A DNA stretch of 63,511 nucleotides, the filler included, from Octopus bimaculoides (lineage: Eukaryota): the NCBI RefSeq assembly GCF_001194135.2. It is 6 parts of 4 records of this genome, joined end to end, with 100 filler letters (N's around TTAATTAATTAA, not from the genome) between each part and the next. Parts side by side here need not be neighbours in the genome. Positions count along the whole stretch, not along the records: positions 1 to 28,789 come from NC_068995.1; 5 more parts are not named here. One strand, given 5' to 3'. The position numbers and the translations under genes were made by a program. Positions 1 to 10,500 of the stretch are shown here, in pieces. The notes under the pieces are model-generated. The model did not search any database and was not told where the DNA came from. It was given only the letters and a program-made list of their open reading frames with translations. Within the stretch, counting starts at the first letter, position 1. Every line of letters begins with the position of its first letter.

Positions 1-352
1 CTGAGTTCAAATTCCGCTGAGGTCAGCTTTGCTTTTCAAGCTTTCGGGGTCGATAAAATAAGTAATCAACTTATCCCCTCTCCCGAAATTGTTGGTCTGG
101 TGCCAAAATCTGAAAGCAATGTATTGCACACTCTTGAGGTCACGAGCTGGCACAGTCGTTATCACGCCGGGAGAAATTCTCAGCGGCATTTCGTCCCACT
201 ACACGTTCTGAGTTCAAATTCCGTCGAGGTCGACTTTGCCTTTCATCCTGTCGAGGTCGATAAAATAAGTACCAGTTGAAAACTGAGGTCGACGTAATCG
301 ACTTAACACCTCCCTGAAATTGCTGGCTTTGTACCAAATTTCGAAACTAATA
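1..352 (+). mobile_element. Two head-to-tail copies of tRNA-derived SINE family A (1-122 partial; 142-352)
   Basis: Both carry the B-box-like CTGAGTTCAAATTCCG, the core GCCTTTCATCC..GGTCGATAAAATAAGTA and the GGCCTTGTGCC-type tail seen in more than 20 other copies in the window. Confidence 0.85.
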
Positions 353-869
353 TATTGCACACCCTTGCGTATAGTTGTATCTATTTTGAGGTTCATTGTT
401 AAAATGACACATACATACATATATACATGCATGCACGCGCGCGCGCGCGCTGGTATACGAATTTACGAGTTACTGATAAACAGCGGTTTCTGATTAGAGA
501 GCCGAGTACCCTTAATATATATAGGAAGATATAGAGATGAGCTCACAGGTGCGTTGAAAACTATTGGTGTTAATAAACGATTTTAGGGTAATTTTTACTC
601 ATAATAATTAATAGAAAAGATGGAGAAGATTAAAATAATAAAGATATATAAGGAAAGAAAATTAAAATCATTTCATAAATATATTCACGTCTTGTTTGAG
701 GAATTTATTCTATAGAAATTCTAGGATGATCTGGTCAGTACAATTTAATCCATTTATTTAAAGTTCTTTTATTTCCCAATAGTGGCAGGGATATACACAC
801 GTGAAGAGCTGTAAAGAGCTGACTGTTGCGCTCTGAAAGATTCTACTTCGCTCGCCATCCACCTGAATT

Positions 870-1000
870 GATGGATATGCGGGCGAGTGAACGAGGTGCG
901 TGTATACAGTTGCTCCACCTGCTCTCTCAAAAATCACACCTTACTGTTTTAAGAAAGGAAACCCCACATTAGACAATGCAATCCTAGGTATGCAAAAAGA
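870..1000 (+). repeat. Degenerate copy of interspersed repeat family D (CGACCTGCTAGAAATAGCAGCC...AAATCACACC...GGATGGTCACGGCTGGAATGCC...(CAA)n)
   Basis: Matching segments recur at about 1590-1690, 6630-6700, 8440-8930, 9570-9650 (-), 12795-13510, 23050-23420, 28590-28700 (-), 33520-33960, 41860-42070 and 62140-62620. Several end in (CAA)n, suggesting a retroposed SINE or LINE tail. Confidence 0.6.
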
Positions 1001-1094
1001 CCCTGCGAGGTTGTCATTGCTGAGGAGCCTATCATAAGTCTGCCAAGCCGTGGATCAGTAGGATAGACCCTTCCCAAGTCATATAGACTCCCGG

Positions 1095-1305
1095 TTTCCC
1101 GGTTTCCGCGGCGTATATATTTCCCCCACTGAATGGGACGCCAGTCCGTGGCAGGATGACTCGCTTCTGCCAGCTGAGGGGACTGGAGCAGCATGAAATG
1201 AGATATTTTGCTCAAGAACACAACGTATCGCTCAGTCTAAGAAACGAAACCACAATCTTACGAACATGAGTCCACCACCGTAACCACTAAGCCATGCACC
1301 TCCAC
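1095..1305 (-). mobile_element. tRNA-derived SINE family C with CORE-like body, tail type 1
   Basis: Minus strand reads GTGGAGGTGCATGGCTTAGTGG (A-box-like), then GTTGTGTTCTTGAGCAAAA (CORE-like), then CCACGGACTGGCGTCCCATTCAGTGGGGG...GAAACCGGGAAACCGG. Confidence 0.7.
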
Positions 1306-1805
1306 TCCGTGAATCATTGGTGCCGATCAGCACAGAAGGAATAAGTTTTAAAATTTTATTTCTATTTCATTGACTATTGCAGTCTGTGGTGTGGTGTGCT
1401 GATCCATGGACAAATTGTCTTGTATGAAACCGGTCCATGACGCAAAAAAGAGTGGGGGTAGCTAGACTAAAGAACAGGTGAACCAACGCAGGAACTTCTA
1501 TGCAGTTCTTTGAGTTGAACTTTCTCAAATGGCATCCTATCAACCATTCCTTTAAGGGGCACACGAATGGTATACTCTGATAGACACTATATCTGAAAAA
1601 ACAAAAAACGAAAGCACAGATGGAATTGTCAGGGCTGGAACGCTCTTAACCCTAAGTTTGATTGACCAGGATTATCCTGCAGGCTAAACAATGAAAACAG
1701 ATATATTGAAATAGATTGGACAAGTGTGGGAAATGCAACTTGCACAGATTGATGCATTTCATCCAATATGATAGATAGTCAGCTCGCCGACTTCAGATAC
1801 ACACT

Positions 1806-1990
1806 AATAATGCTTTCTACTATAGGCACAAGGCCTGAAATTTGGTGGGAAGGGCCTGTCGATTAGATCGATTGTAATATGCAACTGTTACTTTATTTAT
1901 CGACCCCGAAAGGATGAAAGGTAATGTCGACCTCGGCGGAATTTGAACTCAGAACGGAGCGGTAGAGGAAATACCGCTACGCATTTCGCC
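1806..1990 (-). mobile_element. SINE family A
   Basis: Reverse complement of the family A core (ATCGACCCCGAAAGGATGAAAGG...CTCGGCGGAATTTGAACTCAGAAC); CpGs intact. Confidence 0.85.
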
Positions 1991-2009
1991 AGATCACGCA
2001 TAACTATCA

Positions 2010-2302
2010 CTCCATCAGTTACGGTGACGAGGGTTCCAGATGATCGGATCAACGGAACAACCAGCTCGTGAAATTAGCGTGCTGAGCACTCCACAGACAC
2101 GTGTACCCTTAATGTAATTCTCAAGGAGCTTTAGCGTGACACAAGATGTGACAAAGCTGGCCCTTTGAAATGCAGGTACAACTCATTTGTCATCATCTGA
2201 GTGGATTGGAGCAACTCAAGAACACAACGCTTCGCCGGGAATCGAACTCTCGACCTTAAGATTGTTAGCCAAATACCCTAACCATTAAACTACGTGCCTC
2301 CA
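2010..2302 (-). mobile_element. SINE family C, tail type 2
   Basis: Head GTGGAGGCACGTAGTTTAATGG...GAGTTCGATTCCCGG (A/B boxes) and CORE-like GTTGTGTTCTTGAG. The tail GCTGAGCACTCCACAGACACG recurs at 21110-21220 and about 49460-49530. Confidence 0.7.
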
Positions 2303-2330
2303 CAATGCACACATACACGTACATTCTGCG

Positions 2331-2545
2331 TGCTGGCAGAATCGTTAACCCACCGGGCAAAACGCTTAGCGGCATTTCCTTTGTCTTTATGTTCTGAATT
2401 CAAAACTCCGCAGAGGTAGACTTTGCCTTTTATCCTTTCGAGGTCAATAAAATAAATACTACTTGAGTACTGGGATCAATGTAATCGACTCGCCTCCACC
2501 CCTGAAATTGCTGGCCTTGTGCCAAAATTTAAAATCAATATTTAC
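2331..2545 (+). mobile_element. SINE family A
   Basis: GCTGGCAGAATCGTTAA...GCCTTTTATCCTTTCGAGGTC...GGCCTTGTGCCAAAATTT. Confidence 0.85.
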
Positions 2546-2799
2546 ATAGGTACGCAGACTCTTTCTGTCACAAAAAACAATCATTACTTCTTTGACTATG
2601 CATTTGATTAAATCAGCTAAATTTGTTCTGTTATAACAGACATCTTGACTGGTGTTGCTGATTCAATTTCTCTAAACGAGAGAGACTACGGAAGTCGAAG
2701 TCTACCCAGCTCGACCGGTCAATATCCTCACATCCGACTTGTCCTTCCAGTGTCCATCCAGATAATACTTCTATGTATAAGAGAGCTGCAACTGCTTAT

Positions 2800-3155
2800 G
2801 TACACTCCTCATACATACATATATGTAGGTAGGTGTGTGTATACACACACATAGACGTGTATATATGTCTGTGTATACGTATAATTATGTAGGTAGGTAG
2901 GTAGGCAAGTGGCTGTGTGGCAGTATATATATATATTATACACACACATACATATATTTACACAAATATACATATATACATGCATATACATATAAATGCA
3001 TACACACACACATGCATATATACAGTCATATATATTTATACATAGATATACATATATAGATATATACCTATGTGTTTGTGTGTGTGAATACATAGAGAGG
3101 ATGAGAGAGAGAGAGAGAGAGAGAGGGGGAGAGAGGGNNNNNNNNNNNNNNNNNN

Positions 3156-3215
<60 letters not shown>
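2800..3215. repeat. Compound microsatellite (TA/CA/TG, then (GA)n spanning a small gap)
   Basis: Directly visible simple repeats. Confidence 0.95.
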
Positions 3216-3222
<7 letters not shown>

Positions 3223-3421
3223 AGCAGGGACACTAATTACACGTATAAGTATCTCGCAATTATTGTAACTTTTACTCAGCTCTCTTCTGATCGCTTTGCA
3301 CAAAAGAAATATTTTCGTTCTACTTGCGGGTTATGTATTTCTACGATTTCTATAACATCTCATTTCTGCAAAGATAATTTTTAATTCCATTTTTAATGTT
3401 AATTCCAATGATGAGATCATC

Positions 3422-3600
3422 CATCCAAATACTATCGAAAGGCGATGGATGCTCGCCAAGAAGAAACTCAGGCGGCAATGCGGAACGAATGATGCATATT
3501 TACATGGTATCTGCATGCGCATATGTGGCGAAATAGGTTCAGAGATCGAGAAAACGTATTCGCGAATCTCATTTTGCATATGAATGACTCATATGTTTTC
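3422..3600 (+). pseudogene. Merlin (IS1016/ISXO2-like DDE) transposase C-terminal remnant
   Basis: Translation with one frameshift: HPNTIERRWMLAKKKLRRQCGTNDA / FTWYLHAHMWRNRFRDRENVFANLILHMNDSY. This matches the H-x-N-x-IE-x2-W...K...YL-x-E-F-x-WR pattern of ISXO2/Merlin transposases. Confidence 0.65.
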
Positions 3601-3747
3601 TTGTGAAAGATACGTACGTTACATACATTGTTTGTCTTAATGCTATATAAAGCATATGTACGTTCTGTGTGTGTGTGTGTGTAATACATATATATATATA
3701 TATATGTATATATAGTTTTCATGTTACATAATACACATACACACAAA

Positions 3748-3793
<46 letters not shown>

Positions 3794-3954
3794 CGTTTTC
3801 ATATTATAGAATGTAATGAAATTATAGGATTTCCTGTCGTCACTTCCGGTTTCTATAGCAATTGCTAAATTGCATGTTAACCCATACACACATGCACATA
3901 CATACACATGCACACATATGCACACATACACACATACGCACGCGCGCACACTTA

Positions 3955-3987
<33 letters not shown>

Positions 3988-4343
3988 ACACACACACACG
4001 CACACTCACACAACGTAATAGGCATTTTAAAGCTTTATATAACATATACGCATTTCCTCAGGCTGGCTGTCGCTATTACGCAAGCTGAATGACCTGTTGC
4101 ATAATTCGCTGGAACCGCTTCCTCGGTATTATCAGCACGCTTTACACGTACACGTACGCACGCAATCACACACACACACACACACACACACGTACGTATG
4201 TACATACATACATACATACATACATACATACATTCAAACAAAAATATCCTGTTGTTGATGTTGAAATTCTAATGAAGGAGCCTTGGATCTAAGTTAGAAA
4301 CCGGTTCTTTCTCTATTGGCAAGAAACTTTGAAATTAAGCGAG

Positions 4344-4737
4344 CAAGAGCACTCAGAGAGCGCAGATCTCCGCCAAGGCAACACCAAAGTCCTCTCAGCG
4401 ATTAGTCAGAGAGAATTTTTTAAATGAGAGCATCTGAAATAAACTCGACTGCTCTCACAAACGAGAATACTAAAAATGAACCCAACCGATCTCAAAAATC
4501 AAGTAAAAAAAACAACAAAAAAAAAAACAGGAAATACAATCTAGAATCCTTGTCCGGTACCGGATCGGTCCCAGAATTTAACCAGTTCGTGCCAGTCACG
4601 AGGCCAAACGTCCCTGAAAGTTTCATCTGAATCCATCTTGAGTGCGTCACTACAGATATCTCGTCCACGGACAAACAAGCAAGCAAACAAACACAACTGA
4701 AACAATACCTCCGCCTTCGCTTAGGCGGAGGTAATAA
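4344..4737 (+). mobile_element. Non-autonomous Helentron-type (HINE/DINE-1-like) element
   Basis: 5' CAAGAGCACTCAGAGAGCGCAGATCTCCGCCAAGGC; internal TCCGGTACCGGA palindrome; 3' perfect 11-bp hairpin TACCTCCGCCT-tcgctt-AGGCGGAGGTA (4706-4733), whose arm is complementary to the 5' CTCCGCC. Confidence 0.5.
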
Positions 4738-5176
4738 TGACATACATACATTACGTATATGGAGTGAGGGAAACTAAAGTAATGAAAAATTATAAAATTA
4801 AAGTAGGACGTGTATAGTTTATTAAAAGCGGAAACGTTTTGAACCGTGACCCTCCGTTTCACGTGTTCACAAAGACTATTTAGTCGTTCTAAAAGTGATG
4901 TTTCCTTGCAGATTCCTTTCCTTTTATTATTATTATTTCTTCTCTTTTTTACTCGCCGTGTACTTTAGCGAAAACTAAAAAAATACTCTGGCGCATTTCA
5001 TGCATGGAACAAACATTTTTTAATGTATTTTTAAAAAAGGTATTTATATAATTAAAAATAAATTAAATATAAATATTTTAAGCTACAGGAAACGATTAAG
5101 TACTTAACTTTTTATTCGAAAAGAAACTGAAGCATAGAATTTTAGTTTGTGCTTTCTATATTTATTAAAAAAATTT

Positions 5177-5410
5177 AAGGCGGTGAGCTGGTAGAATCGT
5201 TAGCGCGCTGGCCGAAGTGCTTAACGGTATTTCGTCTGCTGCTACGTTCTGAGTTCAAATTCCGCCGAGGTTAACTTTGCCTTTCATCCTTTCGGGGTCG
5301 ATTAAATAAGTACCAGTTATGCACTGGGGTCGATGTAATCGACTTAGTCTCTTTGTCTTTCCAATGTTTGTCCCCTCTATATTTAGCCCCTTGTGGGCAA
5401 TAAAGAATTA
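5177..5410 (+). mobile_element. Near full-length SINE family A
   Basis: GGCGGTGAGCTGGTAGAATCG (A-box-like), GAGTTCAAATTCC (B-box-like), core, and tail TTTAGCCCCTTGTGGGCAATAAAGAA; CpG-rich. The core resembles the MetaSINE-type central domain (from memory, unverified). Confidence 0.9.
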
Positions 5411-7004
5411 TATATTTATTTAAAAAAATTTCTTTTCTTTTTTTACTAGTTTCAGTCATTTCATTGCAACCATACTGGAGCACCTAGCCTAGTACTCATT
5501 CTATCCGTTCGTTTTGCTGAACTGCTAGGTTNNNNNNNNNNNNNNNNNNNNNNNNNNNNNNNNNNNNNNNNNNNNNNNNNNNNNNNNNNNNNNNNNNNNN
5601 NNNNNNNNNNNNNNNNNNNNNNNNNNNNNNNNNNNNNNNNNNNNNNNNNNNNNNNNNNNNNNNNNNNNNNNNNNNNNNNNNNNNNNNNNNNNNNNNNNNN
5701 NNNNNNNNNNNNNNNNNNNNNNNNNNNNNNNNNNNNNNNNNNNNNNNNNNNNNNNNNNNNNNNNNNNNNNNNNNNNNNNNNNNNNNNNNNNNNNNNNNNN
5801 NNNNNNNNNNNNNNNNNNNNNNNNNNNNNNNNNNNNNNNNNNNNNNNNNNNNNNNNNNNNNNNNNNNNNNNNNNNNNNNNNNNNNNNNNNNNNNNNNNNN
5901 NNNNNNNNNNNNNNNNNNNNNNNNNNNNNNNNNNNNNNNNNNNNNNNNNNNNNNNNNNNNNNNNNNNNNNNNNNNNNNNNNNNNNNNNNNNNNNNNNNNN
6001 NNNNNNNNNNNNNNNNNNNNNNNNNNNNNNNNNNNNNNNNNNNNNNNNNNNNNNNNNNNNNNNNNNNNNNNNNNNNNNNNNNNNNNNNNNNNNNNNNNNN
6101 NNNNNNNNNNNNNNNNNNNNNNNNNNNNNNNNNNNNNNNNNNNNNNNNNNNNNNNNNNNNNNNNNNNNNNNNNGTGTGTGTGTGTGTGTGTGTGTGTGTA
6201 AGTGGAAGAGGTTAGAGCGGACTCACGCGCGCGCACGCAGTCTGTTATCATAACACTGCACTACACACCGTTCCTTTAACTTCGTTTTCCGGTCGAGATT
6301 TAGGAAAGGTTGTGTAGGTCAAGTGGGAACAACAAACACACACACATGAAAGAGAGAGAGAGAGACATAATACATACATATGTAGACCTAGACACATACA
6401 CATCCAAACACATGTACTTATCTACAAACATACAAGTAGCTTATTCATAACCTGAGCATATAACAAAATAGGTTCTTCTGTTTGAAAGGCCGTTGTAGAT
6501 TGACAAACTAGTATCTCGGCACTTCAGCTTAGAGGTCAACAGATTTACCATTGGTCAGCCAAATGTTTGGTAGCCATTCAAAATCCTAGTCATACCACCG
6601 TATACATATTATATGGACGTGAGATTCTTTACCCGCTTCAGCCGATCTGCGAGAAATAGTAGCCAAATCTCTTGTCTTTTAGAATCTGTTTCACATTTAG
6701 GATGCACTATAAGAATATGTATTAAAACGTCTCACTATTCACCAGTAGATTATTTTATCACGTCCACGAAACTAAAAAGCAAACCTCACGTCAGCAAATT
6801 TGTGAACTTACAAGTTTTTCATTTAAACCTAATTTAAAGTAATACCATATTGGTAGGGTACCAATAAATGCTTTATTATTATTGCTCTGTTTAGTTTTGG
6901 GTCGCTGGCCCAAATAGCCCTCCGCAGGAGCAAGCTGAAAAGTTCGCACGGAGTGCGGTTTTTAAATTAGTATATATATATATATAACATTTTACTTGCG
7001 TAAG

Positions 7005-7260
7005 TCGTAAGTCATTGGATTACAGCCATGCTAAGGAACCGCCTTGAAGGGTTTAGCCGAGTAAATTGAATCCAGTACTTATTCTATCGGAATCTTTGCC
7101 GCTAACACCGTTAGGGAAGGGACAGACAGACAGACAGACACACACACACACACACACACACAATGGGCTCCCATACAATTTCCAGCTACTAAAAGGAGAC
7201 ACTTGTCCAAGACTGAACCTGAAACTATGTGGTTGCAAAGCGAGCTTCTTAACTATGCAG
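7005..7260 (-). mobile_element. tRNA-derived SINE family B with internal microsatellite
   Basis: Reverse complement of segments of the 26617-26985 copy, including the internal (CA)n/(GACA)n tract. Confidence 0.7.
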
Positions 7261-8199
7261 TTGTGTCAGTGTTTTTGTCTGAAAATAATGACAAGACGGT
7301 CACCACTTATGCTTATCTGATTATAGGTCTGCTGAATAAGGGCTGACCACATTGTACTAAGCTACAACTGTTACTGCTCCAGCTAATGCTTCTGCTCCTG
7401 TGGCCCAAATACACAAATCAACATCCTCATAAGATGTAAGAACAAACTTGTTGAACAGAAGTTATAGTACCGTTATATAAGTTGGCTCCGAATAAAACCA
7501 GCCGATCACTTATACCGTGAAATCATTAACATGGCGGCCTTTTATGCCTAAGACTAGCGTTTCGTGTCCACTCAATAGTGCTGTATCGTGTTCTAGAAAA
7601 AGATGTTTAATTCTTTAACTGCGTAATTTAATTCCACGGTTATGCACCGTAATGAAGTTAATTATCCATCATAACATAGAATTAATTGATATTTTCTGAA
7701 AGTCACATTGCCTCATAATAAACTAGACACTTTCAACAAAAGCTATTTTTCAAACATGACATTCCTCAACAAAAGACAGATTAGTATATACAAAACTGCT
7801 TCCCACAGTTTAAGGTAATAAAATTTTGAGTGGATGCATCAAATTTCCATCGTAAAAGGCTTTAGTTTTAAGGTATTTTAACACTTGCTGTAACATGGAA
7901 ATGTATAACCCACTGAGTTAAAATCCTTAGCTTACAGTGTCGAATTCAATGCACTAGTAAAAGTTCAAATCATTAAAATCGAAGTTTCTGGGTTCGAATC
8001 ATTGTCAAAACCTACAATGATGTTTATTTCTCCCCAGAAAAGGGGATGGCTACGAAAGTAATCAAGAAAAGTTGACAGCATCTCGCTTATCTACGTATAA
8101 TTTCATTCACAGAAATACAATGTATATTTAGTGAAAAACTCGATCCAAACTTGATGCATCCGACAGTTCCTATTGTATTTCTGTTTACCTGTTGAAATC

Positions 8200-8430
8200 A
8201 GGATGTAAACGGTCCGAACAAATAACTGCAAGGCATTTTGTCCGACGCTCTAATGAGTTTGCCAATCCACCGCCTTACTTTAGACTCTAATAATCCTTTC
8301 TTATTTTGGCACAAGGCCAGCGTTTTGAGGAGTAGGGAAGCCGATTAAATCGCCCCACCCCCAGTGCTCAACTCGTACTCGACCCAAGAATTTTGTCCGG
8401 CCTGCTAACGGTTCTGCCAGCGCACCGCCT
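8200..8430 (-). mobile_element. Degenerate SINE family A fragments
   Basis: GGCACAAGGCC, GGCATTTTGTCCG and GTTCTGCCAG motifs on the reverse strand. Confidence 0.6.
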
Positions 8431-9189
8431 TTATTTACAGTCTAATAATGGTAAGAAGTGCAATCTTAGAAAACATACATTGGACACTATAGCTGTGGAT
8501 ATACGAAAAGAAGAGATGGTCACAAGTGGAGTGCCTTTTATCGGAGGTTTGCTTGAGTAGGGCTGACAAAGAAACAACTGTGCAGTCGGTCAATCGGATA
8601 TTCATAGAAGCAGTATCTCCTTAAAACCACTCCTTTTGTCACGTTGGTGACAAAAAAGTACGTCAGAAAATGAAAGATGAGATTTGCCACTTGTCATACA
8701 AGTCAACATGTTGGACAGAAAACAATGAAGAAGTCTCTATGTAGTTTATTCGACCGGCTAAAAGTAGCTGCTAAATTCTGTTTTCTGTTAAAAAGAAAGA
8801 GAGATAAACTCATTGGGTAATGTATACCAAAGTTTTACTATGATGGAAAGGGAAGTTAAGATGATCATAGCTGGGAAGCTTTTGATCAAAAGTTTTCTCA
8901 GTCAGGGTTGGCTCGGGGCTAAACAACAAGTACATGTCGTTTAGATACAGATACAGCTCTCAACAAGATGGAATCATGGCATCAGTAAAGAGGGAGAGCT
9001 GTGTGGTGTACCTTAGGTTCGATATGTTAAGGAGATGCTTGAAGAGGAATGATTGGTGTTACACAATATTTATAACTGGCTTCTTTTGAAGATGTTTTTA
9101 GAGGCAATGAATTCCAACAATTTTACATTTTTCGTCGGGAAGGGGCTTAGTCAGCGGTGGAAGAGCAACACTTGTAACAATTCCACCAA

Positions 9190-9315
9190 AACATTGCCTT
9201 TTAGCGGGCAGAATCATTGCTTAGCGGCATTTCGCTAGTCTTTACGTTCTGAGTTCAAATTCCGTTCAAGTCGTCGACTTTGCCTTTCATCCTTTCGGGC
9301 TCGATGATTAAGTTA
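9190..9315 (+). mobile_element. SINE family A (partial)
   Basis: GCTTAGCGGCATTTCG...GACTTTGCCTTTCATCCTTTCGGG. Confidence 0.8.
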
Positions 9316-10402
9316 TAGCAAGAAGGGAGGGAAAACGTTCATGATCTTTGTTTGACCTACAAGACTAGAGAGATAGGGATCAAAATACAGAACAATGACT
9401 TGTGGGTTACTGCCATGAGAAACTGAAGAACAAGAATTTGAATTTATATCGTGGGACTCTGCTAAGGAATCCAAAAGTCCAGGTCTGCGGTCAATTTAGC
9501 CTTCCAATTACTCACCGAGTAAGTCAAACAGAATTAGCAAACTAAATTACTCCCTTTTTTAATGTTGTTTTGTTGTTGTTGTTAAGTCTCAGGTCAGCTG
9601 TGATCAAACAGACCACCGATCAAAGGGATTTCGAACGTCACCATTCCGTTTCGGGGCAATAATGGAACGAAGTTTTGGGAACTAGTGATACAGTAAGGTC
9701 CGTCCATAAGGGTGAGATTGGGTGATTTTGTATTTTTGTTATTGAAAACTGAAATGATTATGGATTTTACAAAAGCATGAAGCAACTGGAAATCGAAACT
9801 GGGTCGAAAGCTCCAATTGGTGAGAACATACCCCGCAGCCTAACTTTCTGATCGGCATATTTTGCAGTTGTAGTAAGATACTGTTGACTGAAGTTGAACG
9901 ATGAGAGACATTTTATGATAGACACCACTATCTTTCGACATAAATAACTATGTTTTATGATAGTTGTTGATGTTTTATGAGTACACGGGCGTGTGCTTTT
10001 GATACATGGGAATGTTTATGATATTTAGGCATTAAATTGTAAGACGGCTGGCAGAACTGATTATCTTGATGGACCGAAAGAGAAAAACGAAAACACCACT
10101 TGTCTTACTTTTTTAATTTCTTTTATGCTGTTACAATATTGTGACTGTGCTACAAATATTAAAAGTAAATTACATTGATTTGAATTTTTGTAGAGATCAG
10201 TGTAGAAGCATTGTCGTCGCGATTCAATAGCAGAAAATTTCTACGAATTATATTGACACTATTTTTGAATTTCCAAAATGTTTTGTAGTTTCACAAGTAG
10301 TATTAAATTCCACATTCTAAAACCCATGTTGTTTCGATGATGACAGAAATAAGAGTATTCGTGTAAATTTTACAATAGAATAGGTCAGCAATCGTCCTCT
10401 TA

Positions 10403-10500
10403 CATTGTGACTGGATTTCGGAGATTAGCGAAATATTTTCTCCACCTCCCAAGAATGCTCTTCTCTAGAGAGAGAATAAGCTCAGCCGAGTTCACAATGT
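10403..10500 (-). pseudogene. Short RTE-clade LINE ORF remnant (linker between endonuclease and RT)
   Basis: Minus-strand translation EKSILGRWRKYFANLRNPV resembles the RTE motif I-x2-RW-x-EYF-x2-LLN. Confidence 0.4.

Noticed and set aside
1324-1404. 10-bp inverted repeat GATCAGCACA / TGTGCTGATC (also a 9-bp pair at 14772-14846)
   Set aside because: The roughly 60-nt interiors do not pair, there is no TSD, and such pairs are compatible with chance.
5177-5270. tRNA-like sequences with A/B boxes (also 26617-26680, 2240-2302, 55395-55448)
   Set aside because: They are SINE heads that continue into SINE bodies; no complete cloverleaf.
5496-6251. Long ORFs spanning N-runs (also 10962-12051, 22495-23036, 31724-32635, 35254-36105, 51554-52817, 55900-56481, 57224-58177, 60294-61110)
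   Set aside because: They are open only because N codons translate as X; the flanks are microsatellite-derived (HT, CV, YI, ER repeats).
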